Origin: Macrostomum lignano | Lineage: Eukaryota | DNA: 64,000 nt | Assembly (NCBI GenBank): GCA_002269645.1 | Contig: NIVC01002790.1 | Span: forward strand, 76,217 to 140,216 | Direction: 5' to 3' | Shown: positions 13,578 to 25,979 of the stretch, in pieces | Position numbering within the stretch: the stretch's first letter is position 1 | Layout of the letters: every line of letters begins with the position of its first letter | The notes under the pieces: model-generated | What the model saw: the letters and a program-made list of their open reading frames with translations, nothing else | Databases searched by the model: none | What the model was told of the DNA's origin: nothing | Position numbers and translations under genes: made by a program

Positions 13578-13581
13578 ACTG

Positions 13582-14271
13582 ATTTCGTGCAATATTCTGT
13601 CTGAGCAGCCAATCTTCATGGTGATAATCTATGCTCGAATCCTTCTGGTAAATCTGGTCCCGTCTATTCTGCTGATCGTGTTCACTTCGCTGCTCATTAA
13701 CGGATTACGAAAGGCAGCCAGACGTCGCAGAAATCTGCTAAGTCCGAAAGCTCGACAGCAGCAGAACCAGCAACACGACAACCACGGCGGCGGTGGTACA
13801 AGACGTCGGGAGGAGCAGAATAATACGACGGCAATGTTGACGCTGGTGGTTGGTATTTTCATGATTGTGGAACTTCCGATGACGGTGGTGATGTCATTGT
13901 ACGCGTTGAGCCTAACATCTCGCGAGTTCATGGGCTACGCGGTGCCAATCATCAACTTCACCATATTGGTCACTTATCCAGTGAACTTCTTCATCTATTC
14001 GATGATGTCAAGCCAGTTTCGGCAAACTTTTTCTTCAATTTTCCACTGCTGCTCTTGGCTTGGACAGCGACGGCAGCAGCAGCAGCAGCAGCAGCAGCGC
14101 CACCCGCAAAACAAACGCAAACTCGAGCAACAACAGGACGCACAACCGCTCTGCCAAAAGCAAGTAGAAGCAGTGGAGCTGAAGGAATCAACTAGAACAG
14201 GATCTACGCCAGCTGTTGAAACTGTGGCTTGCATCGAAGTGCAGACTCGCGATTCGAATGGAGAAGTGTGA
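13582..14271 (+). CDS. GPCR 3' half (ECL2, TM5-TM7, poly-Q C-tail)
   Basis: ISCNILSEQPIFMVIIYARILLVNLVPS...GLRKAARRRRNLL...TAMLTLVVGIFMIVELP...TYPVNFFIYSMMSSQFR, typical of TM5-TM7 in SPR/FMRFamide-receptor-like GPCRs. In frame with 10193-10542. Confidence 0.85.
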   Translation: MSCNILSEQPIFMVIIYARILLVNLVPSILLIVFTSLLINGLRKAARRRRNLLSPKARQQQNQQHDNHGGGGTRRREEQNNTTAMLTLVVGIFMIVELPMTVVMSLYALSLTSREFMGYAVPIINFTILVTYPVNFFIYSMMSSQFRQTFSSIFHCCSWLGQRRQQQQQQQQRHPQNKRKLEQQQDAQPLCQKQVEAVELKESTRTGSTPAVETVACIEVQTRDSNGEV

Positions 14272-17040
14272 CATTCAGGACGGAATCCTCATTGACCAGC
14301 TTTGATCGATACTAAGCCATACAGTTATGACTTTATAAATATATATCTTTCCGTTTTAGATTCCTCTCAGTGTTTAATAGATGAGATATGTTTTTAAAGC
14401 AAAAAACCGAACTAAGAACATCTTTCTAGGTTGAAAAAAGAGAATCCAAGATTAGAGAAACCAAGATATAGCTTATTGTATTAATAGTTTTCTTTTGTCT
14501 TGAATGAGAGTACACATATGTAACGTTTGTAGATTTTTCTTGGTGATTGTCTAATTCAAATTCTAGATACTAGTTTTCACAGCTATGCATGTCGCTTTTA
14601 TACATTTGATATCCCTGTTGTTTAAGATTCCAAAACTAGCTATAGGCTTTTTAGTCTGAATTCAAACTTTAGTAAAGTTTGTCTAAATGGTCTATATTTG
14701 TGTTTAAAAAGTCTCTATTAAGCTACTGACTAACAACTGTTTGTAATTCACCTAGCCCCCAGTGTCACTTGTTAGCACATGTTATAACAGTTTGAGTAAT
14801 AATTTACTGTACAATATTGTACAAACTGCGTACAAGTGAATAATATGGCTGTGGGGATCAATCGACCCGCTAATATTTATCAGTTTAAATATCATAAATT
14901 AAATAGTCCTAAAATTGCTACTATTGAATTTATCATTCAACCCCGAAACCAGTGGTCAACAACACAAGTGGCAGCTTTAATCCAACTCCAGCCACAACAT
15001 CGATCCACTCTCTCCTCACAAACCTAAGCTGGGGCATTGTGACGTGAATTGCATCGCCCACAGTTGAAACAAGAACCGATGGTGATCTGAGAAGAGTTTG
15101 CCACTGGTTTTGGAGCGGAAACATTAACAGTGTATGCCGATGCCGAGTGTATGCCTGCTAATTTATACTTATAAATGCGCTGCTACCTGTTATTGTCAAC
15201 CTGAAACTAGTTTTTTGCTTATCCATCCCAATATTACTCATATTGCAATTGTTATAAGATCAATGAAAAGATCTAGCTATTTTGTAGCGATATGTATGTA
15301 ATCGCACAGTTTAGATAAAAAACATTTGTGATTACTTTTCACTCTGCACTTCCGCTTCTTACGCTCGTATTAGCTATTAAAGTCAACGAATATTTTATTC
15401 CGATAATACGAGTAGTAATCTGTAATTGTTTCAGATGTTTGTGTTTACACCTGTCGTGTATACTCACGTTTTATTGCATGTCCCTAAACGTCGTATTTAT
15501 GCTTCTTGTTAACTTATCATGTGGTTTATGCAAGAAGTAACTTATAAAGCACCACCACTATGCTATCTACGCGTATTAGAGTAGAAGTAGTTAAGCTTAT
15601 ATTTAATTTTAAGAGAATCTGATCGTAAAATACAAATGTCGAGCAAATGTATACATTAGTAAATGAATTCAGTTATTGATATTATTATGCTGATTTCAGT
15701 TATTCCGTATAAATATAGCATTTTTCAAGCCAATTGAGCCTAGGAGCAAGCAATTTAATCCTTAGTGGGAAAATCGAGCTATTGAAGACTTGCTTTTCAT
15801 CGTCTATGGCCCGAAAGGGGGTCTATGGAGCAAGCAATTTGAGAATTTGGGCGCGCAATCAATCCTTTCATGGGCATATTGTACTCGTGTACCAAAAACG
15901 ATAAAATCATTGGCAAGGTAGGAGCTAGGTTTTCATTTTTTCAGTACAAAAATTCTGACTACATTCCATAGGAGGCATACCCAATGATCATCTTTAGACA
16001 TGATAATGTCTTTCTTATAGCTCCTAGTCTTTCGTTTAGGAAATTTGGATTCTATGTTAGTTTTATATCCTAATCCTACGTACAATCGCACACGTACTGT
16101 GCCTAAAATCATAAAAAGGCACAGCTCAACTCATTATTGGTTTTATGAATCTAATTTATCTTTCTTAGCTCAATGACTGTAGCTCGTATAACAAAATTTG
16201 TCACAGGACATGTACAAAAGATATGAAATTAACATAAGAATCCTAATGTTCTAAATGAAAAGCTCTATGAATATCAATAGAACTATAAGAAAGGCAATGC
16301 ATATCAAAATATGAACATTGGGTCAGTCTGGTATCAAAAGCAACAAGGATTTTTGTACTGAAAACTTCTACTTGAGTAGTCCCTGGTAGATACATGTACA
16401 TGCAATAAAGCAACGTGAACTTGAGTATTAATTTTGTGTAGGCGTTTAAAGACTTGTGAACAGAAAACGAGTCCATAACTAGGCCACTCTACTTAAAAAG
16501 TAGGATGTTCTGCGCTTGCGAAAAATGTGTACTATTCAATTTTCTTCAGTCACAGTTGCGAATTTAGAACTATATGAGTTCGTATTTGTAGGATTTTTAA
16601 TTATTTTACACTACTGACGAGAAATATCTACTGAAAAGCCACGCTAGCCCAACTTAGCAAAACTAACGCTAAAAAGTAGATAGCTATATAGTAAAAAAAT
16701 ATTCGCGCAAAAGTTTGATTACAACTTTCTTCGATGACATAAGCTGCAAGCTAATAGCAGAAACCACCCGTTTTTATTTTGGCCATTCACGACTTAACAA
16801 AATAATATGGATAATGAATAAAATAGACAGTTTGGTACACGACCAATGTATTGAGATGCGTGCAAGTGCAAGTAAATTGATTATGAATGCATTTAATCAT
16901 TACAGTATTGTGCGCGACACAAAATACACAAAGCAGTGAGTGACTTGAGTGAGTCTTAAATGACTTAGCAAGTTAAATTCCTAAAAAAAGAGATGCAACG
17001 TCACACGGAACAAGCGATCACTGCCAGAATTCCCAACTTA

Positions 17041-17936
17041 TGAGGCGTATTAAAAACAAATGTCGGTGACCTCATATCTCAGCTTTGACAGGCCACTTTG
17101 ACTTGATTTTTTTACCACTTTATATAGTAGTATGTTATGAGTATAATGTGTAAAAATCAGCAAAAATCACTGACGCATTTCAACGCAAGGAGCTGTTCAA
17201 GTTTGTTCCCCTTCTATCTATATGCGTTGCATTTGTGTGCGACATGGCCAAAGCAGGTTATGGAATGAAGGAAATCAAGGAGGCTCTGTCCATGCAAAGC
17301 CCACCCAGACGATCAACTGTCGGAGACAGATCTACCGCCTAATTTGACAGGTGAAAGAGGGATCTGACACCGAAGGCCAGCGGAGTTCAACCCGAAGAAG
17401 AAGAAACGCTCGGTGAGACAATCACTCCTGTCCAGACAGCAGTGGATTCGAGTCTTCGTGTAAAAATTGGGGAGGAATACGCAGCCGAATTCAGTCTCTT
17501 TGTCGGCCCTGTCCACTTGATCCTCCACAAAGATCTTGACCTGGCCAAACAGCAACGGTTTTCCATTGGGATAATGTCCGTCGATGGTTAGGTCCGTTCA
17601 GCAGAAACCGTGAGGAGTTTGAGGAGAGATACTTGATCTATGTACTTCCTCATCCACTGTACTTGCCAGATTTGGCTCCCGCATGCTTCTAGCTCTTTCG
17701 TAAAGTAAAACAAGAGTTATCGGTCATCCAGCTTGCTGACAACTCAGTAAGGAACGTGTTGTGAGAGGTCTCCCAGCAGAAGCCTTTGCCCTGGCCTTCA
17801 GGAATTGGATAGATCCCTGCGAAAAGTGCATCGAACTCGTGGGAGACTATATTGAAAACTGTGTAAAATAGAATTGCGTAGCTGCTTAGGGAGCTGAGAT
17901 ATGAGGTCACTGACATTCGCTTTTGAATACACCTCG
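17041..17936 (+). mobile_element. Degenerate, internally deleted mariner-type element
   Basis: Imperfect TIRs of about 45 bp ((T/C)GAGG.GTATT.AAAA..AATGTC.GTGACCTCATATCTCAGCT) flanked by TA at 17039-40 and 17937-38. Remnant C-terminal peptides VLPHPLYLPDLAPACF* (cf. PHPPYSPDLAP.DF) and KCIELVGDYIEN. Confidence 0.82.
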
Positions 17937-18302
17937 TATCTTATCCACGTATTAATAACTGGTTTAATTCACAATTGAGCATTGGAAAAGTAATAATTCA
18001 AATTATAGCTAAAAGATTAATTTTTACAACAATTTGTAATAACTAAATGCGCGTGCAACATTTCATATGTTAAAATAGCAGAGCAAAAATGCTAGTTTTA
18101 CTGACGATAAAAGCTGCCAACTACAGAGTACATAGCCCTGACTCTGAGCTGAAGACATTAAAGTTTACGCAATTACCAAATGCGCGAACAGGATAGAAAA
18201 AAAGTGTAAACAAATTACGAGTAATAAGAGAAATGCATAGAATACGCAAATTTAAACACGGACGCGTGCACTAAAGATAGATACAAAAAGGTCTTCTTAG
18301 AC

Positions 18303-18427
18303 CAGGGGTCGGCAAACTCCAGCCAGAGGTCCGTGAAACTTAACAAAAATAGCTAAGGTCCTTTCTCATATCTTTTCTCTATTCCATCTCTGGCCCTTGA
18401 TGTAAAAAGATACGTTTTCGACCCCTG
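18303..18427. mobile_element. Possible short hAT-like MITE
   Basis: Ends CAGGGGTCGGCAAAC / GTTTTCGACCCCTG form an imperfect TIR of hAT style. The flanking 8-mers do not match convincingly. Confidence 0.4.
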
Positions 18428-18477
18428 TCTGCAGTGTCTTGTACACGAGTTAAAAATATTTATCTTAAATAAGACAT

Positions 18478-19290
18478 TTATTCATAGAGATCCTCCTGTA
18501 GTGAATCCTGACCAGGCTCCTCTACATCAGCGTGCACCTTGGAGTGATCCTTGAGGTGGCCAGATTGGCTGAACTTCTTGCCGCAAACTTTGCACTCGTA
18601 AGGTCTCTCACCTGTATGCATCCTGGCGTGCTTGTTCAGGTTAGTCGACTCGCTGAACGCTTTGCCGCACACCTTGCATTGGTAGGGTTTTTCACCCGTG
18701 TGAGTTCTATTGTGCTTCGCTAGGTTGGAGCCTTCGTTGAACTTTTTGCCGCACACTTTGCACTCGAATGGCTTTTCGCCAGTGTGCAATCGAGAATGAC
18801 TTTTCAGCATGTAAGGTAATGCGAAATTCATGCCGCACACTTCGCATTGGTGAGGTTTTTCACCTGTGTGCGTTTTTAAATGAGTAGACAAGCTACTAGA
18901 CTTTGAGAATCTCTTGCCGCACACTCGACACTGGTATGGTTTTTCACCAGTGTGCACTCTGGTGTGCTCAGCCAAACCTGAGTAATGACTGAAACTCTTC
19001 TCGCAAAATTTGCACGAGTAGGGCTTTTCACCAGTGTGAGTTCTCATGTGAACTTTTAGATACTGTGACAGACGAAAGGCTTTGTCACACACCTTGCAGT
19101 GAAATGGTTTCTCATCTGTGTGAACATGCAGATGAGACTTAACATTGAACGCGGTTTTGAATCTCATTCCACAAACATTGCACTGAAATGGCCTTTTGTC
19201 ACTGTGACTGATTAGATGTTCAGTTAAACGATACTTTTTAAGATAAATCTTGCCACACTGATCACACTGGTGAATCTTTTTGACTCGCAT
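18478..19290 (-). CDS. C2H2 (Kruppel-type) zinc-finger protein, 270 aa, nine tandem fingers
   Basis: Nine CxxC...HxxxH fingers with TGEKP(Y/F) linkers. In-frame TGA two codons upstream of the ATG. Probable acceptor TTTATTCCAG near 19315, implying a non-coding upstream exon. Confidence 0.95.
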   Translation of the reverse strand: MRVKKIHQCDQCGKIYLKKYRLTEHLISHSDKRPFQCNVCGMRFKTAFNVKSHLHVHTDEKPFHCKVCDKAFRLSQYLKVHMRTHTGEKPYSCKFCEKSFSHYSGLAEHTRVHTGEKPYQCRVCGKRFSKSSSLSTHLKTHTGEKPHQCEVCGMNFALPYMLKSHSRLHTGEKPFECKVCGKKFNEGSNLAKHNRTHTGEKPYQCKVCGKAFSESTNLNKHARMHTGERPYECKVCGKKFSQSGHLKDHSKVHADVEEPGQDSLQEDLYE

Positions 19291-21365
19291 TATTCAATGA
19301 TGAGACGGTCTGTCTGGAATAAAGGCAATGTAGCTAAACTATATCATTTGTATATAGATAATTGCAATGTCTGGGTGTAAATATATAGTTTACTTTACAA
19401 AAATGAAGGTAGTATAGCAGAGTATTGTGAAGCCTAGTATAGCAGAACGAATACAGTCTATCTATGAGTATATGACTGACAGGGAGTCTAACACAAATTA
19501 TTTAGTCAGCAGACAAATAGGCAAATATGTTGAATGATGATTAGGCCAGTAACTTTATGCTAGGCTCATGCTTGGGTGAAAACCAATAAATTTACAAATT
19601 AAAGTATGTAAGACACTCTTTGGTGTGTATACTTATAAGCTATGCTCCTTTCCTTCATGTTTTCACTAGTAAATCATGTAACTTAATGAAGTGTTGACTT
19701 CTCATAAGACTATGCCTTTAAATTTAAATTCATAGATCTAAAACTGTTGGCCAACTTAACCAATTCAGCTAGTATATTGTGCTTTTACAAGTTAAAAAAT
19801 AATGACTTTCTGAAATTTTACTTTGTTTTAATCACATAACTAAGTGATTTAACATGGTCAGTATAATTTAAAGTTTGGTACATATATAGTTGGATTAATT
19901 TAATTATTTATATTAAACACATTAGTGCAATAGACTAGTACACTCCTAAATATTTATATAAAATATCCAACTTCAAACAATCAAAAAGGAACAAACAAAA
20001 AAGGACAAAGAATCTAATAGCACAGTCTAGGAGCCAATGGTTGCTAGAATTGTACCATCTACTGAAAAGTTACAACAAAGTTAATTAAAGAACAATATCA
20101 GACAATCAGTGCACAAAAAATAGAATTTTCCAACATATTGACCATTCTAAACTATGGAATCATATGGATATTAAATATATCATAAACTACATGAACAAAA
20201 TGCTATATTTATATGAAATTTTAAATTCTAAAATATTTATATCTATATTTTTTTATTTAAAAAAATAAAATTTCAAAAAGCATCTAATATTCTATTTTAT
20301 CATGTTAGATAACTAATTTTGCTATATAATTCACTTAGGTCCATTGAACAAAAGAGACTGTGGAACTAGTACCTATGTCTAATTTGTCTATTAGAAGAAA
20401 AAACATTAGACATTAATCTATTATTTGGCCTAGAAGCCAATGTCTATAGATTCTTATTAATTAATATTATTCTAATAATAGAGACTTCAAAAAGATTTAA
20501 GTTTAAGTTTTTTTGCATTTTTTCTATTTGATTTGATAAATATCATTTGCCAAATAAAACAACATGTTTATATTTTTACTTGTCAACACTTGCCAATACT
20601 TTTACTTTTAAAATTTGGTCAAGTATTAAAAAGTTACAAAAATTTTTATATTTTAAAAGTGTTAAGCCAAGTGCACTTGGTGCACATGTTATGCCTATCT
20701 GGTATAGCACAGCATACCAAAGAGGCTAAGGGGTAGATATATATTAATGAACATGTATCATTGAATAGCAATCATTGCAATTATATAATCTATAATGGCC
20801 ACCAAATTGGTCAGCCGGATCGGCCAACTTGGCTGACTATTGCGCATGTATGATCCCTCATCTCTCCTCTTTCTTATCTTTCTTTCTCCCCTCTCTATAT
20901 TCTTATTTCTCCTTTCGTCTCTCTACTCTTCTCTCATCTTATCTTTCCTCTCTAATATTTTTTCTTTTCTACTCTTTTCACTCTCCTCTTATGTCTTCTT
21001 TATCTTCTCTTTTTTATTTACTTTCTCTTTTCTTTTCTTTTTTTCTCTCCTCTTTCCTCTTCCCTAGGGGATAGCCACCTAGGGTACACGCTAAAAAGAA
21101 CTCAAACAACTCAGTTCAAGAGCATTCAACAGGCTAGACACCACAATATATAGATTAGATATATATTGCAACTATATATATATATAGCTCTTTGATTAGC
21201 TATTAAAAAAACACAAGTAGGCCTAATCTGCATATCATACAAGTAGCTAATAAGGCATTTAACCTTAAAAATGGCCATAGTTACTCTTGCCATCTACCCA
21301 AAAGTATGTTTATTTTCCTTAGCTTTTTTATAGGTAAGTCATATTTTTGATCGCAAACTAACCTG

Positions 21366-21622
21366 ATTGCAGCGCATGGGCATTTTGGCGGACGGCGTCC
21401 GGCGCGGATCTAATACGGCGCGGCGCGGCGTGTACGGCGCGCGGCGATTAGTACGGCGCGGCGCGGTACTAATTAGATGCCGAGGCATTTAGGCTTGATA
21501 AGACAGTCATAGTTACTCCTGCCGTTTACCCAAAACTTTAGGGTTTCTTTCACAGGTAAGTCATTTCACAGCGTGGCGCAGGTTGTGTAGGCGTCTGGCA
21601 TACTTAAGCCATGCGCTGCAAT
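21366..21622. mobile_element. MITE-like inverted-repeat element with GC-rich internal repeats
   Basis: Perfect 14-bp inverted repeat ATTGCAGCGCATGG (21366-21379 / 21609-21622). Three internal TACGGCGCG-based repeats. Shares a core with 21253-21342 and 32623-32716. Confidence 0.55.
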
Positions 21623-24600
21623 AGGGCAAACTAAGTTGCATGGCCAGCATAATTTCAAAGGTTGCACTGTATACTTGAAATTTACCCTGGCCTAGTAAAG
21701 AGAAAAGACCAAAAGGCCAAAGGAAAATAGAAGGCATAGCTTTAAATTTTGACTAAAATGTGCTCAGTTGGTGTTTCTATTATAAGCTAGGCCTACTTAT
21801 TCAGGTGTTTGCCAAAAGCTAAGGCCAAGGGGAAAAAGACAACCTTCTTTTCCATGGCTTTAGATGTGTCTCTAGCAAACTTGCTACTACTAAAAGTAGG
21901 CCTAAAGAATGTTAAAAATTTGTTTAAATATTCAATAGTAGTAATAGTATTATACTAGCAATAGTTTTGCTTATAATAGGCCTATCTTTTGTGTGGGACT
22001 ATGTATGTAGTACTCAGTAGCCCCCTACCCTTTCTGCTTTAAAAAATTACAGCCCTCCCCTAATTTTCTATGTTTGAATTCCCCATCTTCACTTCAGTAG
22101 GCCTAGGCAATACAATACTATCCTATAGCTATACAAAAAACCTTGGAATGGGTTGCAAGACTAAGACTTAATGTCTAGACTTAGAGTCTGATTTAATTTG
22201 AAGAATCAGACTATGAAGTTATTGATTTATGGCCTTGCAGTGCACTCGTGTGCGAGGCTGTCCGGTGAGGCTGTCCGGCTGGCGGTGGTGCACGTCGTCG
22301 TATAACAGTGGGGGCAGAGAAAAGAAAAAGGTTCGTTGTTTAATCGACCGGGTTTCAGTTCCAGTTCTCAAGTCGTACTTTAAAATCCCGCCGTAACGGA
22401 ATATGTTACAACACAAATTAAAACAAATGTTTACTGCTTTAAGATAAAATTGACATTTATGTTTTTAAAAATGAATAAAAGACTATATTATTCAAACGTT
22501 TTCTTATTTTATTTATATTTTTAGGTAGAAACAAGTACTAAAATAGAGGCGAATATTCAAAAAACCACGGTTCGATCTCGGAACTTGTGTCAGCTCGATC
22601 TATCTCATTATCGTTGTATGTGATAACGTGACGATAACGATATGAAGTAAAAACTCTTTTAAATATGATAAAAATAAAAAATTAATATGTAGAATAGAAT
22701 GAATAAACAAATAAACTAGTAGACATTTTTAAAAAATGTTTTGTTCTTTTTACACTTGATAAAGACAGTAGTTAACTACAATTAAGTTAACTACAATTAC
22801 TTTGAACTCAAAAATAATGTGGTAAATGAATAAATTAACTAATAGCAATTCAAATAATAATTTTAATTGACGCCAAAAAATTCGTAAAAGTTTAAGTTCT
22901 TTATAAAACATGGGTTTTGAATATTACATGTGAAATAAAAGTATTGAGATAAAAACATAAGATAGGATACATGTAATTTATAAGATTATGATGTTACTTC
23001 TCCAGAAGGATACATGTAATTGTCGTAAAAATTCTATCAATAACTTAATACAGTCAATACGTAAATTAATCCAATAGTACACCTTGAATGATTAATTGTA
23101 ATTTCTCTGCAGACCTTACAAATCTAATTGATCAAATATTAAACATGTAAATATGTTGCACAATTAGATGTAATTCTTAGCTTGCATGTGATCAGGGGCG
23201 TGAGCGCGTCGCTATGGATTTTATGGTGGGGGACAAAGTCAAGAATTCTAAGTGACAAAATTCCTACATTATTTTTTATATCGGTGTTTGTAACACTCAA
23301 TTTTTTTTGCCACACAGACACGATCCTTTTGTTCGCTTTTTCATAGCTTTCACTCAGGCCAGCTGGGGGGACATATGCACAGTTGTCCCGATGTTGGCCC
23401 CTGTCCCGCGTGGTGACGCGGGCCCTTACATGTGATTAATGCATTTAAAGGTACAATTTCGTAATGATGAGGACGTCCTCAAATGAGGCTAAGAAATCAA
23501 ATGAGGCTCCTTGGCAATCATTCATTTTATTACAAGTAATACAAGTAAATGCGCGAAATAGATATTTGTTGTTAAATGGTGGTCGGGTAGCCTAGGGGCT
23601 CCCGTGCGGATCAGCCCAAGGGAGCTGGGCTCTCTGCTGCTAGAGAACAGGGGCATCTACCAGGGGCATATAGCCCGAGCGGCCCAGATTGGGACCCCAG
23701 GAACAAGGCCTGGTAGAAATACCTTATTAGGGGCTACTAGCCCAAACCTATGGACTAAGACACCGCCAACCCATAGTGGAATCAGGGACGGTGCTACTAT
23801 ACGACCGAGTCCACCCAAGCCACCCCCCCCCCAACGACAAAGCCCGAGTGTGCGCGCGATAAATAGATATGGTACACGAAATTAACGAATTCGACGATCG
23901 TCAGATTAACCTAACAGAGAAATATTCAAACTCAATGTTATAAATCAAAATGCTAAATATTATTTTTTGCATATTAGTAGTGCAAACAAGTGAATTAACA
24001 ATGTGAACCAAGCATAATAAGAGTCTTGCGCTCAGCTTTGAGGGTATCTTTATAATTTTTCTTTTCACAACTGTATACATATATGCATGTACATGTAGGT
24101 GTTGAAGAGAGATCGTTTTCTTGATTCACCCATGCTTTCCCGTACCATGCAGTTCAATAACTTTTTACGAGTAAGCGGCGTGCAGGTTATTATACTCATT
24201 TTCAGTCCCGCGACTCCCAGTCCTGATACATGTCATGTTCAAGCACCCTCCTAAAGCCCATTTATTTAAAGCGTACATCTACATGTATTTTCTGCAAAAA
24301 AATGTTAGTATCTTCAGAGAGTCTCCTGTGTTGGTATTTTCGTTTTTCTGGCTCTCGTGTGTGACCGTAAATACAGTCAGTCGTTTACTGCGAGTTCTCA
24401 ACTTATTTCATTGTACAATAATACCGCGAGATACACAGGTAGACATTTGTGTAATTGACTTAAATGACAGCCTGGACTTATCCCCATGCAAAGAATATAA
24501 TACGCTACTACGTACATGTACGCTACTGCATGCAAGATACCTTGATACGCGCTTGAATTTTTAATACGTAATCTTTGTATGCCTGAAAATAGGAACATGA

Positions 24601-25979
24601 AGACTTAAAAAAAGGGGGCTGCATCTTGGAGAAAATTCACTTTGCCCCAATTGCAATTTTTTAGTCCCCACTAAAGAGAGACAGCCACCCTCTAGTGGTT
24701 GCGTCACTGCCTTATAAATCTTAGCCCCTCAAAATATCAACTCTGCATGATACGCTTAGTTTGATGCTCACAGCAAATTCTCAGGCTAATGTGTTCCACG
24801 TTTTCTAAAATTATTAAAATTTTAGGTAGGCATTAATACAATTTAACTGAGTTTTTTACGCCTTGTTATGCACAATTTGAAGTTTAGAGAGCTGCTGGTT
24901 TTCATTTTTCAATCATAACGACGAACAAAATCAAAATCGACAACGCTTTACGCATAAGTTGTCAGAAAACAACAAAACAAAAACTATATTTGGTAGGCTA
25001 AACACAGTAAACAAATAGATAGCAATAGCTTCTGCAAATCAGATTTTTGGATTAATTAGTTACGTACGCTGTCACAATGCTCCACTGCTCTAAAAAGTAG
25101 TATACTAAGCACGTGTAAAACGTAACATGGCAAAAAATTCCCCTTTATTTTTGATAGATATGTGCCGGAACAAAAACATTTACATACAAGCTACTACTCG
25201 TATAAGTAGAAAAGTTCGCAAACAAAAACATGTATTAAAGCTGGATAATTTGTTCTTAAAGAAAGAAAGAAATAAATAGATACATGTTGCAGCATTCCAA
25301 TTGCTTGGTTTTAACGGACACAAAAAGCAAAATGCGCACAGTTAAGAAGTTGAAATTGCATTGCATTAACAATTGAGCGATCAGAGAGCGAGCTGACTGA
25401 TCAGGCCTTCAATCAATTGATCGCATTGAAGGAAAAATGGAGTATGTAGTAGTATGTCAGGCAACTGGACTAAAACTTTTATACGGGCACAGAAAAATCT
25501 GTACACAAGTTTGCAGAAAAGTGTGTTGGTTTAACCATGATAAAATAGTAAAACTATTTGCCAACAGAGAAGTGCACACAGACGCCAAAAAAACCTGTTA
25601 CATAATAGAGTTAGATAAAATGTTTAATGTCATAAAAGACATGAAATAGAATAGAATAAGAAATACAAATGATAAACTAAACAATTTTTACAAGTAAACA
25701 GCAATGATTTTTTATTGAATTGCATCTTCATGAAATTTTTATTTCGCACTGTGACAAGCCCGTATCAGCAGAGAGAATAAAGGATAGGAAAAAACACCGG
25801 AAAGACTGCAGTTCTGCGCATGAGAAAGATCAGGGCACACGAACGGTGCCCAATTCAAGTATTTGACACTGCAAATAGCAACAATATTAACTGTGCATTG
25901 ACTACTGTAAGTAACACGATGTAATCTGCTATCGTAGCAAAATTTCACGAGTTTTCTGAAAACATTAACTCGCTTACGG

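Noticed and set aside
10549-13608. Splicing-out of the Chapaev element using the GTAAGA donor at 10560 in its left TIR
   Set aside because: Joining to the AG at 13565 keeps frame but creates TGA and retains the TGA at 13576-78. Acceptors at 13605/13608 need a phase-0 donor (only a weak GTATTT at 10549) and would delete the ECL2 Cys.
21253-21342. Spliced-leader RNA gene (exon-like module plus GTAAGT)
   Set aside because: No recognisable SL exon ending in ATG and no Sm-binding site or terminator that I can support. Copies are too diverged.
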